Of a DNA stretch of 64,000 bases, positions 39,029 through 50,430 are shown one piece after another. Each line of letters opens with the position of its first letter. The first letter of the stretch is position 1. The position numbers were made by a program, and so were the translations under genes. The notes beneath the pieces were generated by a model, which was given only the letters and a program-made list of their open reading frames with translations, had not been told where the DNA came from and did not search any database. Origin of the DNA: Ranitomeya imitator (lineage: Eukaryota); contig NC_091286.1 of the NCBI RefSeq assembly GCF_032444005.1, forward strand, positions 469,960,001 to 470,024,000, read 5' to 3'.

Positions 39029-39584
39029 TTAAACCACTTAGGTGCAATGACCAGTATTGACCAGTATTGAATAATCATAAAAGTTATTGTTAGCCTCAGA
39101 TCATGGTGTCAGCTTTATGGTACAGCTGACATATGTTGCCAATGGAATGGACTCAGCTTCTGAACCCATGACAAACCCCTGCATATGTATATGGCTCTAT
39201 GGGGAAATGTCTTCCTTGAATATAAACAGGTAATACATGATTTAGGGTAAATATTATTTTTTTACATATTTTGGTATGGTGATGAAATTCCTGTTTAGTC
39301 CTCACATCTCCTCAGATACATTTCATAAAAAAAATTGTGAGGAAAGAATGGTTGTAGATGACGAGGAAAAAGCTAATATATTAAACACCTTCTTCTCCAC
39401 GGTATTCACGGTGCAAAATGAAATACTAGGTGAAATGATGATAGACAAAGCAAACCCTATATTAAGGGTCACCAATCTAAACCAAGAAGAGGTGCAAAAC
39501 CGGCTAAATAAGATTAAAATAGATGAATCTCCAGGCCTAGATGGCATACACCCATGAGTACTAAGAGAACTAAGTAATGTAATA

Positions 39585-40099
39585 CAATGCCCCTTGGACA
39601 AAGCATTTCAGTGCGAAACGCGCGTCGGGTGTGGTGGGTCCCCAAGTTCCTCCTCCTGGTAACTATATGCATATTTAACATCATCTGCAGTACTGTGTTT
39701 ATCCACGTTTAGGCTATTGTATGCTCATGTCCTACTTCTTTGAGCGCTATGATTTAGGTGCTGTTTGTTTACTTGCATGTACGTATTTTTATGTATTGAG
39801 CTTTATCACATGTTTTCATGTATACCATGGGCATTTATAGTATACTATACTGTTATATCTAGCCTGTTATTTTGTTTGCCATACTGCTTCTGTGAGGTTG
39901 GTTCTTATGTGGGCCCCACTGTGTGTTGCTGCACTAGTGGTCACTGTCCCAGCATTATGTTTTTTTAATGTGAGTCTTAATAAAGTTTATATACATTTTT
40001 TATCACTTGGTCTCTCTGTGAAAGTTCTTTTTTTGGCATTGTGTATGGTTTCCTTCATGACCTTATTAGGGATATCATTCGGTGTTTTCATTCTTTTTT
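39585..40099 (+). mobile_element. Short Penelope-like/retrozyme-type insertion, 515 bp
   Basis: 14-bp TSD TAAGTAATGTAATA (39571-39584 and 40100-40113), hammerhead-like motif at the 5' end, AATAAA at 39979, T-rich end. Confidence 0.7.
39590..39629 (+). ncRNA. Non-canonical hammerhead-like motif
   Basis: CCC CUUGGACAAA GCA UUUCAG UGC GAAA CGCGCG UC GGG: helices and GAAA/GUC are present, but the core deviates from CUGANGA. Confidence 0.45.
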
Positions 40100-41318
40100 T
40101 AAGTAATGTAATAGACAAACCATTATTTCTTATATTTAGGGACTCTATAGCGACAGGGTCTGTTCTGCAGGACTGGCTCATAGCAAATGTGGTGCCAATA
40201 TTCAAAAAGGGCTCTAAAAGTGAACCTGGAAATTATAGGCCAGTAAGTCTAACCTCTATTGTTGGTAAAATATTTGAAGGGTTTCTGAGGGATGTTATTC
40301 TGGATTATCTCAATGAGAATAACTGTTTAACTCCATATCAGCATGGGTTTATGAGAAATCGCTCCTGTCAAACCAATCTAATCAGTTTTTATGAAGAGGT
40401 AAGCTATAGGCTGGACCACGGTGAGTCATTGGACGTGGTTTATCTCGATTTTTCCAAAGCGTTTGATACCGTGCCGCACAAGAGGTTGGTACACAAAATG
40501 AGAATGCTTGGTCTGGGGGAAAATGTGTGTAAATGGGTTAGTAACTGGCTTAGTGATAGAAAGCAGAGGGTGGTTATAAATGGTATAGTCTCTAACTGGG
40601 TCGTTGTGACCAGTGGGGTACCGCAGGGGTCGGTATTGGGACCTGTTCTCTTCAACATATTCATTAATGATCTGGTAGAAGGTTTACACAGTAAAATATC
40701 GATATTTGCAGATGATACAAAACTATGTAAAGCAGTTAATACAAGAGAAGATAGTATTCTGCTATAGAGGGATCTAGATAAGTTAGAAGCTTGGGCCGAA
40801 AGGTGACAGAAGCGGTTTAGCAATGATAAATGTAAAGTTATACACATGGGAAGAAGGAATCAATATCACCATAACACAATGAATGGGAAACCACTGGATA
40901 AATCTGACATGGAGAAGGACTTGGCGATCCTAGTTAATGATAAACTTACCTGGAGCAGCCAGTGCCAGGCAGCAGCTGCCAAGGCAAACAGGATCATGGG
41001 GTGCATTAAAAGAGGTCTGGATACACATGATGAGAGCATTATACTGCCTCTGTACAAATCTCTGGTTAGACCGCACATGGAGTACTGTGTACAATTGTGG
41101 GCACCGGTGGTCACGAAGGATAAAATGGAACTGGAGCGAGTACAAAGGAGGGCAACAAAATTAATAAAGGGGATGGGGGAACTACAATACCCAGAGAGAA
41201 GAGCTAAATTAGGATTATTTAGTCTAGAAAAAAGACAACTGAGGGGCGATCTAATAACAATGTATAAGTATATAAGGGGTTAATACAAATGAACTCTCCG
41301 AGGATCTGTTTATACCAA

Positions 41319-41819
41319 CAAAGGTAAATAAGAAAAAACTTGGCACTCAAGTAGAATTTTGGTGTAAAGAAGAAGATCCTTTAATGTGCATCCACAAAGA
41401 TATAAGTTTGAATGTTTTCGGTCCACATCCGGACCTTCATCAGAACAATTTTACTAGTATAGTAGGTAAAGCGCATATAGGCATCTCTCTGAGCGGCTTC
41501 CGCCGTACTCCACGTGCGCTGACATCCACAAGATCTCCCATTGCCTCCAGGCCAGTTGAATAATCCAGCTGGAACCAACACTGACCCTACATGCGCTTTA
41601 CCTACTATACCAGAAAAATTGTTCTCATGAAGGTCCGGATGTGGACCGAAAACATTCAAACTTATATCTTTGTGGATGCACATTAAATAATCTTCTTCTT
41701 TACATCAAAATTCTTCTTGAGTGCCAAGTTTTTTTTCTTATTTTGGATTCCTGGGCTGGATACCCTACTTGAGCACCAATACTGATTATTAGTACGAGTG
41801 ACGTGTTGCTTCTTTTTCA
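41319..41819 (+). mobile_element. Penelope-like fold-back insertion, 501 bp
   Basis: 8-bp TSD TATACCAA (41311-41318 and 41820-41827); inverted arms of about 156 bp at 41326-41481 and 41586-41743. Confidence 0.75.
41406..41450 (-). ncRNA. Type I hammerhead ribozyme motif with intact core
   Basis: GUU CUGAUGA A GGUCC GGAUGU GGACC GAAA ACAUUC AAAC: core and 5-bp stem II are perfect; helices I and III are imperfect. Confidence 0.6.
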
Positions 41820-43877
41820 TATACCAAGGAAGGTGACGGTCACAAGGGGGCTTTCTCTGCGTCTGGAGGAGACAAAGTTTTTCCACCAACATAGAGGAGG
41901 ATTTTTTACTGTTAGGGCAGTGAGAATCTGGAATTCCTTGTCTGAGGAGGTGGTGATGAAGAACTCAGTCAAGGGGTTCAAAAGAGGCCTGGATGTCTTC
42001 CTGGAGTGTAACAATATTGTATATTACAGTTATTAGGTTCTTTAGGATGTAGATCTGGGGATTTATTATGACAGAATATAGGCTGAACTGGATGGACAAA
42101 TGTGTTTTTTCAGCCTTACTAACTATGTTGCTATGTTACTATGTTACAATATTGGTGGTATTTCAATATAAAAGTGAGGGAGCAACCAATATGGCACCCA
42201 TAATGTTATACTTGGTGGAGAAGACAAATGTTTACATAGTTTAGGTTATTTTATACATTTTGACGCGATTATGACCAATGGTGAAGAACAGTTCTGGCTT
42301 ATGAAAAATTGATTGAGAAGCTGATTTCTAAGCAATACCATCTTCAAGAATTTGTTGTGTTTTTCAGAAGTAGAGGTTGCGGCTTGTAGAAGCTCATAAA
42401 GGGTGTTTGGAAAAGGTATACGGCGTGTTACATTAAATTATCAATGGCTCAAAAGCAGACTAAAGGATCTTCCTAAAAGTATCATCATTTATATAATTCA
42501 GATTTAAGACTAGTCTATTAATTTGAAGCAATTATCATCAAATTCTAAATGGCTCTAAGGAATAGATAACTGTCCCATGTAAATGAGCAATGCAATTAAG
42601 TGTGAGAATAAGAAAAATATTCACCTAATGCCAATTAGGCATGCAAACAGTGTTTTAATCCAATATTAAAGGAGTTTTAAAAGTTTCAGAAAAACCTTGT
42701 GTATAAAAAAGAAAAACCCGCTGTATTCTTCCTCCCCTTGTCCACCACTGAGCCCTTGCCACTGCTTTCTTCCTCTCCGGTGTTGGACTCGTCATACATA
42801 CATGCTGTATGCTGGTGATGTCCTAGGGACTCCTTGACCATCAAGCTGTAAATGTAGAACCAAAAAGTGAGGTCAAATGCAGTATTAGGACAAAGTTAAC
42901 TTATTTATAAAAAGGAAATGTGTTGCCTTGTGTAGTTGCTTCTAGAGCATATAGTAACTCCACAAGTCGTCCTTGGGGAGGGCATATTCTCTGCCCACAG
43001 ATCAGCCACCATTCTCAATGTCCTTCAGTCTCCTTGTACTAGTCAGCCAGCTCAGCTTGTATTCCAGTGAATACAAACATGTCTTCTTTTATGCAATACA
43101 TGCAGCAGGTTCCTCTGGTAACAAAAGCTCAGTCACTTCTTGCCAGCCCGCCTCCCCTAGAAAACTGACATCTAGGAAACTGTTTTCTTTGAGTCAGTGA
43201 CCCTGGAAGGGTTTAATTCTATTGCCATGCACACCATCTTATCAAAAAGAGCAAAACAGGCATGCAGTAAAAAAAAAAATCAAACACACTCTGGCGTCAC
43301 ACCAGCAACGTAAAAAGCAAACGACATGGGGAGAACCCAAAAATACAGTATATTGTCAAACGCGTTGGGAAAACCTTTCAATCATTAAATTCAGATTTTT
43401 TATTCATTCTCATTGACACAGGTTTATGAACTCCAGCCTTTAGATAGGCAGCATGGATTGCTGGTTCACCAGTGATAATCTCCTCTTGATATAACATTGA
43501 TTGTATTGAAACTACACCACACAGCCTAATAAGGGAGACAGCCCCTATCTCATGCTGCGTTCATATTAAATAGTAAAAATCTTCTGACATATTCTCTTTA
43601 AGAACTGTAGATGTAATTTTTTAGTAGGTGAGGTAACTTATTTGCATTGCACAGGCTTTAGATTTGTTGCATTTATATAGATAATTATACAATCGGAAGC
43701 TCTATTTTACTCTCTTCTTCTTGTCACTAACAATACCTAGCAAAGGTATTCTCCGAGTCTTTGTAAAAAGTCTTATTGTGTCCAGAGGTTACAGGTAATG
43801 GTGAGAAGATAATGATGCTAGCTTGTGATATGGAAATAAGACAGCTTCGTATTCCACGGTGTATATTTGCATTACAG

Positions 43878-43918
43878 GATCTCCTGAAGGTCTGTATGAG
43901 CAGAATTCGCACAGGCAG
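43878..43918 (+). CDS. Candidate 41-nt internal exon of an unidentified gene
   Basis: Acceptor TTTGCATTACAG|G and donor CAG|GTAAGA; open frames (G)SPEGLYEQNSHRQ or DLLKVCMSRIRTG. No homologue recognised. Confidence 0.25.
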
Positions 43919-44329
43919 GTAAGAAACTGTTCACGTATTAAATATCTTTGAAACTAAGGAAAATGTTATTATGTATGGCAAGTCTTAGAGGCGATTTGAG
44001 ACATTCTTGCATAAACAAGGTGTTTATCTCTAGGGATTATCAAGTTCATCTGTCATCTGAGTACTTCTTCTGACTTCCAATACCTATTTAACATGTTTAA
44101 GCTAATAAAAATCACATTAAAATACAGTGACCTTCTGTTTGCACTGCAAGATAGATTTATCATTTTTACCCAAGATCTTCTGAATATTCTACTGCCATGT
44201 GGCATTTCAATGTAGGACAAAAATAGATTTTTTTCAAGGCATTTATGACAACCAAAAGTACATTTATAATCCAAGTCTTACAGTCTGAATCATTTCAAAA
44301 TGTTTTTTTTTTTTATATAATGCTTTCAG

Positions 44330-44369
44330 CTCCACAAATTGATTGCTACAGGAGAGAACAGTGAAAAAT
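44330..44369 (+). CDS. Candidate 40-nt exon
   Basis: Poly-T...TTTCAG| acceptor and |GTGGGT donor; only phase 0 is open (LHKLIATGENSEK), compatible with the upstream candidate. Confidence 0.2.
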
Positions 44370-44689
44370 GTGGGTTTTTTTTTGAATGGTCATTCACTTA
44401 TCGCAAAAGAAAATGGGCTTCCCTTTCCAACTCTCAGGGGTTATGTCATCCATAATATGACCATTCTTTCAGTCATATTATGTTCCCTTTGGCTCCATGA
44501 ATTCTCATGGTAAAAATTCACTGCACTATTTTATCACAATGGAATTGCATAATTGATATACAGTTTTACTACGTTATACTATTCATACTACATAGAGCAT
44601 GATGTTAAAACAGAAGAATATTCTTCTCTGATAAGTAACGATTTGCGGGCCATTTAATTTTTTATTACTAAACTTTGAAACAAGATTGT

Positions 44690-46562
44690 AGACACCTGCA
44701 CAATTGTAACCTTCATGAGAGAGTCATCAGAAGAAAACCTCTCCTGCATCCTCACCATAAAATTCAGTGTTAGAAGTATTCAAAACAACATCTAAACCAG
44801 GCTGATGAATTTTGGAAAGAATTCCTGTGGACCTATGAAATTAAAATAGAACTCTTTGGCCACAATGGTCAAAGGTATGTGTTGACAGAGAAGGACACAG
44901 AATTTTAGGAAAAGTACATCTCGCAAACCATTATGCATGATTGTGGATCAATCATGCCTTGGGGTTCTGTTGCAGCCAATGGCACATAGAACATTTCACA
45001 GGTAGATGGAAGAATAGATTCAATTAAATTTCAACAAATTCTTGATACAAACATAACATCATCAGTAAAAAAGCAGAAGTTGAAAAGAGCTTCTACAAAT
45101 AGATAATGAATGATCACATGAAATCAAAACAGATTATCTCAAAAGGCACAAGCTGAAGGTTTTACAATGGCCCTCACAGTCCCCTGATCTGAACATAATT
45201 GAAAATCTCGGGCTAGGCCTCAAAAGAGCAGTGCATGCAAGACGACCCAGGGATCTCATAGAACTGGAAGAATTTTCAAAGGAAAAATGGATGAAAATCC
45301 CTGAAACAAGAAATTAAAGACTCTTTTCTGGCTACAAAAAGTGTTTATAAGCTGTGATACTTGGAAAAGGGGGTGACACCAGGTACTAACCAGGCAGGGT
45401 GCCCAAATTTTTGCATTGGCCCATTTTCGTTTTAGCAATTTTAAAATATGAAAGATGAAAATTTTTGTTGTTGTTGCCTAAGATACAAAGGAAATGTGTC
45501 ATCTTTAACTTTAGCCTTTTTATACATCAATTCTGTTAGGGCTAGCGGAACGCACCAAATAATAAGACTGATAGTGTACGGTGCGTTCGTAGCCCGGGGT
45601 CCACCGTGCAGAGATGGAACCTGCTGCTGAGTAATGACGGACTATATGGCGGTACTCATAAGTATACTGGCGTGGGTTAAACTTCACCCAACATGAAGGA
45701 AGCGATCCTGTTGCGTCACAGGATCGCGGTACCGCACATAGAAGGCGAGCAAGTAGTCAGCGAACTCAACCCCAACTAGGATTGAAGTCCGATTAGACCA
45801 CTTGCTGACACAACACCGCAACAGGGTGTGTTAGGCAACTCTTATAATTAGAGCACCGAAGTGCGAACTGTGCCGTGCTGGCAGGCACCACTAAGCACCC
45901 AGACGTAGGTCAGGAAGCGCACTACTGGCGCGTGGCGCCGCACTGGCGGTCACAGCAATAGACGCTGATACGTGTGTGACACGTTGAGTGATTTGTCGGG
46001 CGCTAGATAGCAGCCATACTCCATACGCGAACAGTCATACAATAGGGTAGGGGTATTTAATGAACGACTTGCACTCACAACAAACACACGTATTCAATTG
46101 TACACTAGCGCATGGCCGTGCGGTCATGCGCAGTTTATATAATTGCAGGACAGGAAGTGGCCACAGAAACTTTGCCCTTCCAGGGCCTGCCAAGAGGACC
46201 AATGGAATGCGCTGCAGAGCCAGAGCACATGACACTCGATCTCCAACGGGAGATCTTGCTCTGGGCATGCTCAGTGTGTGCAAACAAGGACTTAGTCCCA
46301 GGGAAGTCCGCTCGCCGCTGACCAGCACTGACTTTAATGGCAGGAGCTGAAGAAGCAGCAGTAACTCTCTGTACAGAGTGAGAGCGAGCAAGACACTCCA
46401 CTGCGGCTGGAGGAGAATGGGAGACCGCATCGGAGACGGATCGAGATTCCCCATGTGCAGCAGAGGAAACTCGACTCCTAACAAATTCATCTTCAAATTT
46501 CTTAAATGTTCACAATAGCAGTAATTTTAACCTGGGGTGCCCAAACATTTACATGCCTCTGT
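44690..46562 (+). mobile_element. Decayed Tc1 (C-terminal transposase and right TIR), interrupted by an LTR
   Basis: [33 protein letters not shown]; ends ...GGGGTGCCCAAACATTTACATGCCTCTG|TA. Confidence 0.75.
45534..46483. mobile_element. Solo LTR (Gypsy-like), 950 bp
   Basis: TGTTAGG...CCTAACA ends with a 5-bp TSD AATTC (45529-45533 and 46484-46488). Confidence 0.88.
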
Positions 46563-46909
46563 ATGTGTCATCTGCTTTTCTCATAAATAAAAAAAATAAA
46601 TGATGGAGGTGTCCCAAGCTTTTCATAGTATTATCCATTTAAAACCAAACAGCTCTTGGAGGCAATTTGGATAGCATCTATGATCGTTCCGTTTTTCCTT
46701 TTTTTATCCACTAAAATCAACAAGTGTGATAAGAAAATTGGATAAAAATCAGGCAATGTACTGTTTTTTTTGCTGACCAGCAGTTGTCAATTTAAAAAAA
46801 ATGATATTTGGAATATAATATGTGAGGCTGGAAATGAGTTGGTGAAAATCTGAGCTGCCAATAGTCCAGAGATGAACAGAGACGGGAATAGTAGAAATGA
46901 GATTTATTG

Positions 46910-46948
46910 GTCAACATGTTTCGAAGTGACACACTTGTTCATCAGGAC
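46910..46948 (-). ncRNA. Minimal type I hammerhead ribozyme motif (Penelope-type)
   Basis: GUC CUGAUGA A CAAGUG UGU CACUUC GAAA CAUG UU GAC followed by AATAAA; palindromic helix III ACAUGU; C-C mismatch closing stem II. Confidence 0.7.
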
Positions 46949-47417
46949 AAAGGACAAACCGTGGTTTGTCCAGATGAAGTATGTCACTTCGTACTTCTCT
47001 TACTGCTGCAGCACGTGCTGCTCATCCAGAGCGATCGATATTAACTGTATTCTTATGCTCAGCAATCTGACTAATTGTTAAAGGTCATTGCATGACCAAA
47101 ATGTCTTTTTTATTTTGGATTGCCTGAACACACAAAAAATGCCTTCTTACAATATTTACCTGAGTGCCAAGTTTTCTCCAAGATTTGTATGGGATAAGAT
47201 CCTACTTGGGCACCATCCACAGGAGTGTCGTAATTACTATTTTGATCACAAGTTTCTCCACATCGTTCATCTGCAGCAGTTTTTTTTTAAGCTTCTATAG
47301 GGGTTATGACTCTCACAAGACCCCCCCAGGTAAGCATAAATTGCTTTTTGTGTCTCTGTTTCAACCCGGATGAGACCTGATTGCAATGTATGAGAGCACT
47401 GCCAGTAAAAAACCCTG

Positions 47418-48079
47418 CGCTTCCCCTGACGAAGCTGTCTTTGTACAGCGACACGCGTTGGGCTTTCCCTCCGGTCATCACTGCCCTGCGGTAGCCCAGC
47501 CTCACAGCTGAGCCGCTGCCTCTTGGTGCCTCTTTAGTGCATACCCTTGGGTCCTTGTATATCCTTGGCTCACGATCTTACTGGGTATGTTGGTTCATTG
47601 TGGACACACTTGCTTTTGTGTCTAGGATATTATTCCATTACGCACTCCCTGGATCTATAGGGATATTGTGCGGGGGCTATGCATTATGTAGGGGCGGCTT
47701 TTGCTACCAGGTTTTCATTATTTTGTATTGTGCACAATATGTTAGTATATGACATGGTGTCTTTTATATTATATTGATATTGTACTTAGGATTCATGCAC
47801 GGTGGTGTATGCGTTCCATTATTGTATGGTTCTTTGCTTGCACGCAGTGGGCACAACTATAACTATGTATGTACTGTGTTGTACACGATTTTAAATGTTT
47901 TTAAATTATGTTTCCAATAAAGCTTTTGTATTTTTGCATATTATCTTGGTGGTGTGCGGACATTTTTGGTGGCTTCTGTCTCTTGTGTGCTTATGATCTC
48001 ATATATCAGCCATCAAGTTCCGCACCCCCTTGGCCTATCTTGTTTATCAGTGTAGTGCGCTAGCTATATTTTTTGTATA
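47418..48079 (+). mobile_element. Short Penelope-like/retrozyme-type insertion, 662 bp
   Basis: 18-bp TSD TGCCAGTAAAAAACCCTG (47400-47417 and 48080-48097), 5' hammerhead, AATAAA at 47916, T-rich end. Confidence 0.75.
47423..47462 (+). ncRNA. Minimal type I hammerhead ribozyme motif (GAAA changed to GACA)
   Basis: CCC CUGACGA A GCUGU CUUUGU ACAGC GACA CGCG UU GGG. Confidence 0.7.
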
Positions 48080-48255
48080 TGCCAGTAAAAAACCCTGACA
48101 TTGCACGTCCATGAAAACTGATGTGTGAGCAGGCCCTTACAGTTATGGATTTTGAATATGACATTTAGTTCAGTTTTTTATCCAGAAAGCTGCAAGAACA
48201 AAGTGTTAGAGTTGTTTATCTAGTTCACTGTATTAAAAGGTTTATTAGATAGATA

Positions 48256-49147
48256 GATTGTGATATATTGCCCAGTCACGTAGTATATTGCCCAGTCACG
48301 TAGTATATTGCCCAGTCACATAGTATATTGCCCATTGATGTAGTATATTGTCCAGTGATGTAGTATACAGCACAGAGCCACGTAGTATATTGCACAGCGA
48401 CATAGTATGCAGCACAGAGCCACATAGTATATTGCCCAGCCACGAAGTATATTGGCCAGTCACGTAGTATATTACCCAGCTACGTAGTATATTGCCCAAC
48501 CACATATGTCACAGGTTAAAAAATAAAAAATAAACATATACTCACCTTCTGAGGGCCCCTTGTAGTTCGGTCACATGACCGTGACGTCATGGCAGGTCCT
48601 TCTCGCGCAGGCGTGCAGGACCTGTGATGACGTCGCTGTCACATGACCGTGATGTCATGGCAGGTCCTTCTCCCATACCATCCTAGGCACCAGAACCTGC
48701 CGCTTGCATGGAGCGGTCACCGGAGCGTCGCGAAAGGTGAGTATATAATGATTTTTTATTATTTTTATTATTTTTAACATTAGATGTTTTTACTATTGAC
48801 GCTGCATAGGCAGCATCAATAGTAAAAACTTGGTCACACAGGGTTAATAGCGGCAGTAACGGAATGAGTTACCCGCAGCATAACGCAGTCCGTTACCGCT
48901 GGCAATAACCCTGTGTGAGCGGTGACTGCAGGGAGTATGGAGCGGGCGCCGGGCGCTGACTGCAGGGGAGGGACTAATCAGACTGTGGCCGTCACTGGTC
49001 GTGGCAGCCATGACAGGCAGCTGGAGAGACCAATCAGTGACTTGGATTCCATGAAAGACAGAGGCTGTGACCTATGAATATGTGTGACAGACAGAAAGAC
49101 AGACAGACAGAAAGACGGAAGCGACCCTTAGACAATTATATAGTAGA
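48256..49147 (-). mobile_element. Non-autonomous Helitron-like fragment with a 20-bp minisatellite (48263-48505)
   Basis: The minus strand begins A|TCTACTATATAATTGTC (Helitron-like 5' TC end); unit CACGTAGTATATTGCCCAGT about 12 times; 3' CTRR end not seen. Confidence 0.55.
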
Positions 49148-49711
49148 TGTGTCTATTATATTGTAAACTTCAGAGGAAAAATTCAGCAAAATTATTCTGC
49201 TGAGTATCCCCACAATCATCAACAAATCATTATAGAACAATTCTGGTAACTGTAGGATGAGTACACTTATTCTTCTTTTCCTATTCTCCCTTAGTCCCAT
49301 ATAGTAAATAAGTTAGGGTCCATCTGTGCATTTTTTAAAAAAAACATTACGTATTTATTTTACTTATATGATACCAACATCTAACATAAACCCTTGTTTT
49401 CCTCGTGAATCACTTTTCTCTCCATTTTAACATCGGACAATTCAACCGTAGTCTAATTATTAATAAGAATCCCAACATGAAACGTTTATGACATATCCTA
49501 TAGTTTTGGTGATTATTACACAACCTTCCTTAGCTAATAGATGTGAGTTTTTCATTTCTTACAAATTATTGTAATTTTAGTACTTCTTCTATAGTAGCAA
49601 ATCTGAAGTAGTTCTACAAATGCTAATAGGAAATACTACAAAAGACTGTCTAAAACAGTCATCTAAGTTGGAAAAAGAACATATCTGTTCTAAAGAAAAT
49701 CTGTAGCTATG

Positions 49712-50430
49712 TATTATTATTATTATTATTTATTATTATAGCGCCATTTATTCCTTGGCGCTTTACATGTGAGGAGGGGTATACATAATAAAACAGTACA
49801 ATAATCTTGAACAATACTAGTCACAACTGGTACAGGAGGAGAGAGGACCCTGCCCGCGAGGGCTCACAATCTACAAGGGATGGGTGAGGATACGGTAGAT
49901 AAGGATAAAGCTGGTCGTGCGGTGGTTTGGTCGATCGGTGGTTACTGCAGGTTGTAGGCTTGCCAGAAGAGGCAGGTCTTCAGGTTCTTTTTGAAGGTTT
50001 CGATGGTAGGTGAGAGACTGATATGTTGTGGTAGAGGGTTCCAGAGTAGGGGGTATGCACGAGAGAAATCTTGTATGCGATTGTGGGAAGAGGAGATAAG
50101 AGGGGAAAGTAACGGGAGATGAGGTCACAGATGTATGGAGGAGACAGGTTGTGGATGGCTTTGTAGGTCATGGTTAGGCTTTTGTACTGGAGTCTCTGGG
50201 TAATGGGGAGCCAGTGAAGGGATTGACAGAGGGGAGAGGCCGGGGAATAGCGGGGGGACAGGTGGATTAGTCGGGCATCTGAGTTTAGAATAGATTGGAT
50301 GGGTGCGAGAGTGTTCGAGGGGAGGCCACAGAGCAGGAGGTTACAGTAGTCAAGGCGGGAGATGATGGGAGCATGGACTAGGGTTTTTGCAGATTCTTGG
50401 TTTAGGAATGTACGGATCTGTGAAATATTT
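49712..50430 (-). mobile_element. L2 LINE 3' fragment with internal deletions, same family as 55134-57270
   Basis: Reverse complement of about 56510-57265, including the 3' UTR and (TAA)n tail. Confidence 0.88.

Larger units (their letters stand above)
39325..42147 (+). mobile_element. 5'-truncated CR1 LINE (RT pseudogene) split by two insertions
   Basis: [44 protein letters not shown]; ends in (CTATGTTA)n; stops present. Confidence 0.93.

Noticed and set aside
39892-40767. 291-aa ORF with a hydrophobic N-terminus fused to RT
   Set aside because: Chance read-through from the T-rich 515-bp insert into the CR1 RT frame; the RT is truncated by downstream stops.
42368-42417. Good acceptor with an AAG|GTATAC donor
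   Set aside because: Stop codons in all three frames.
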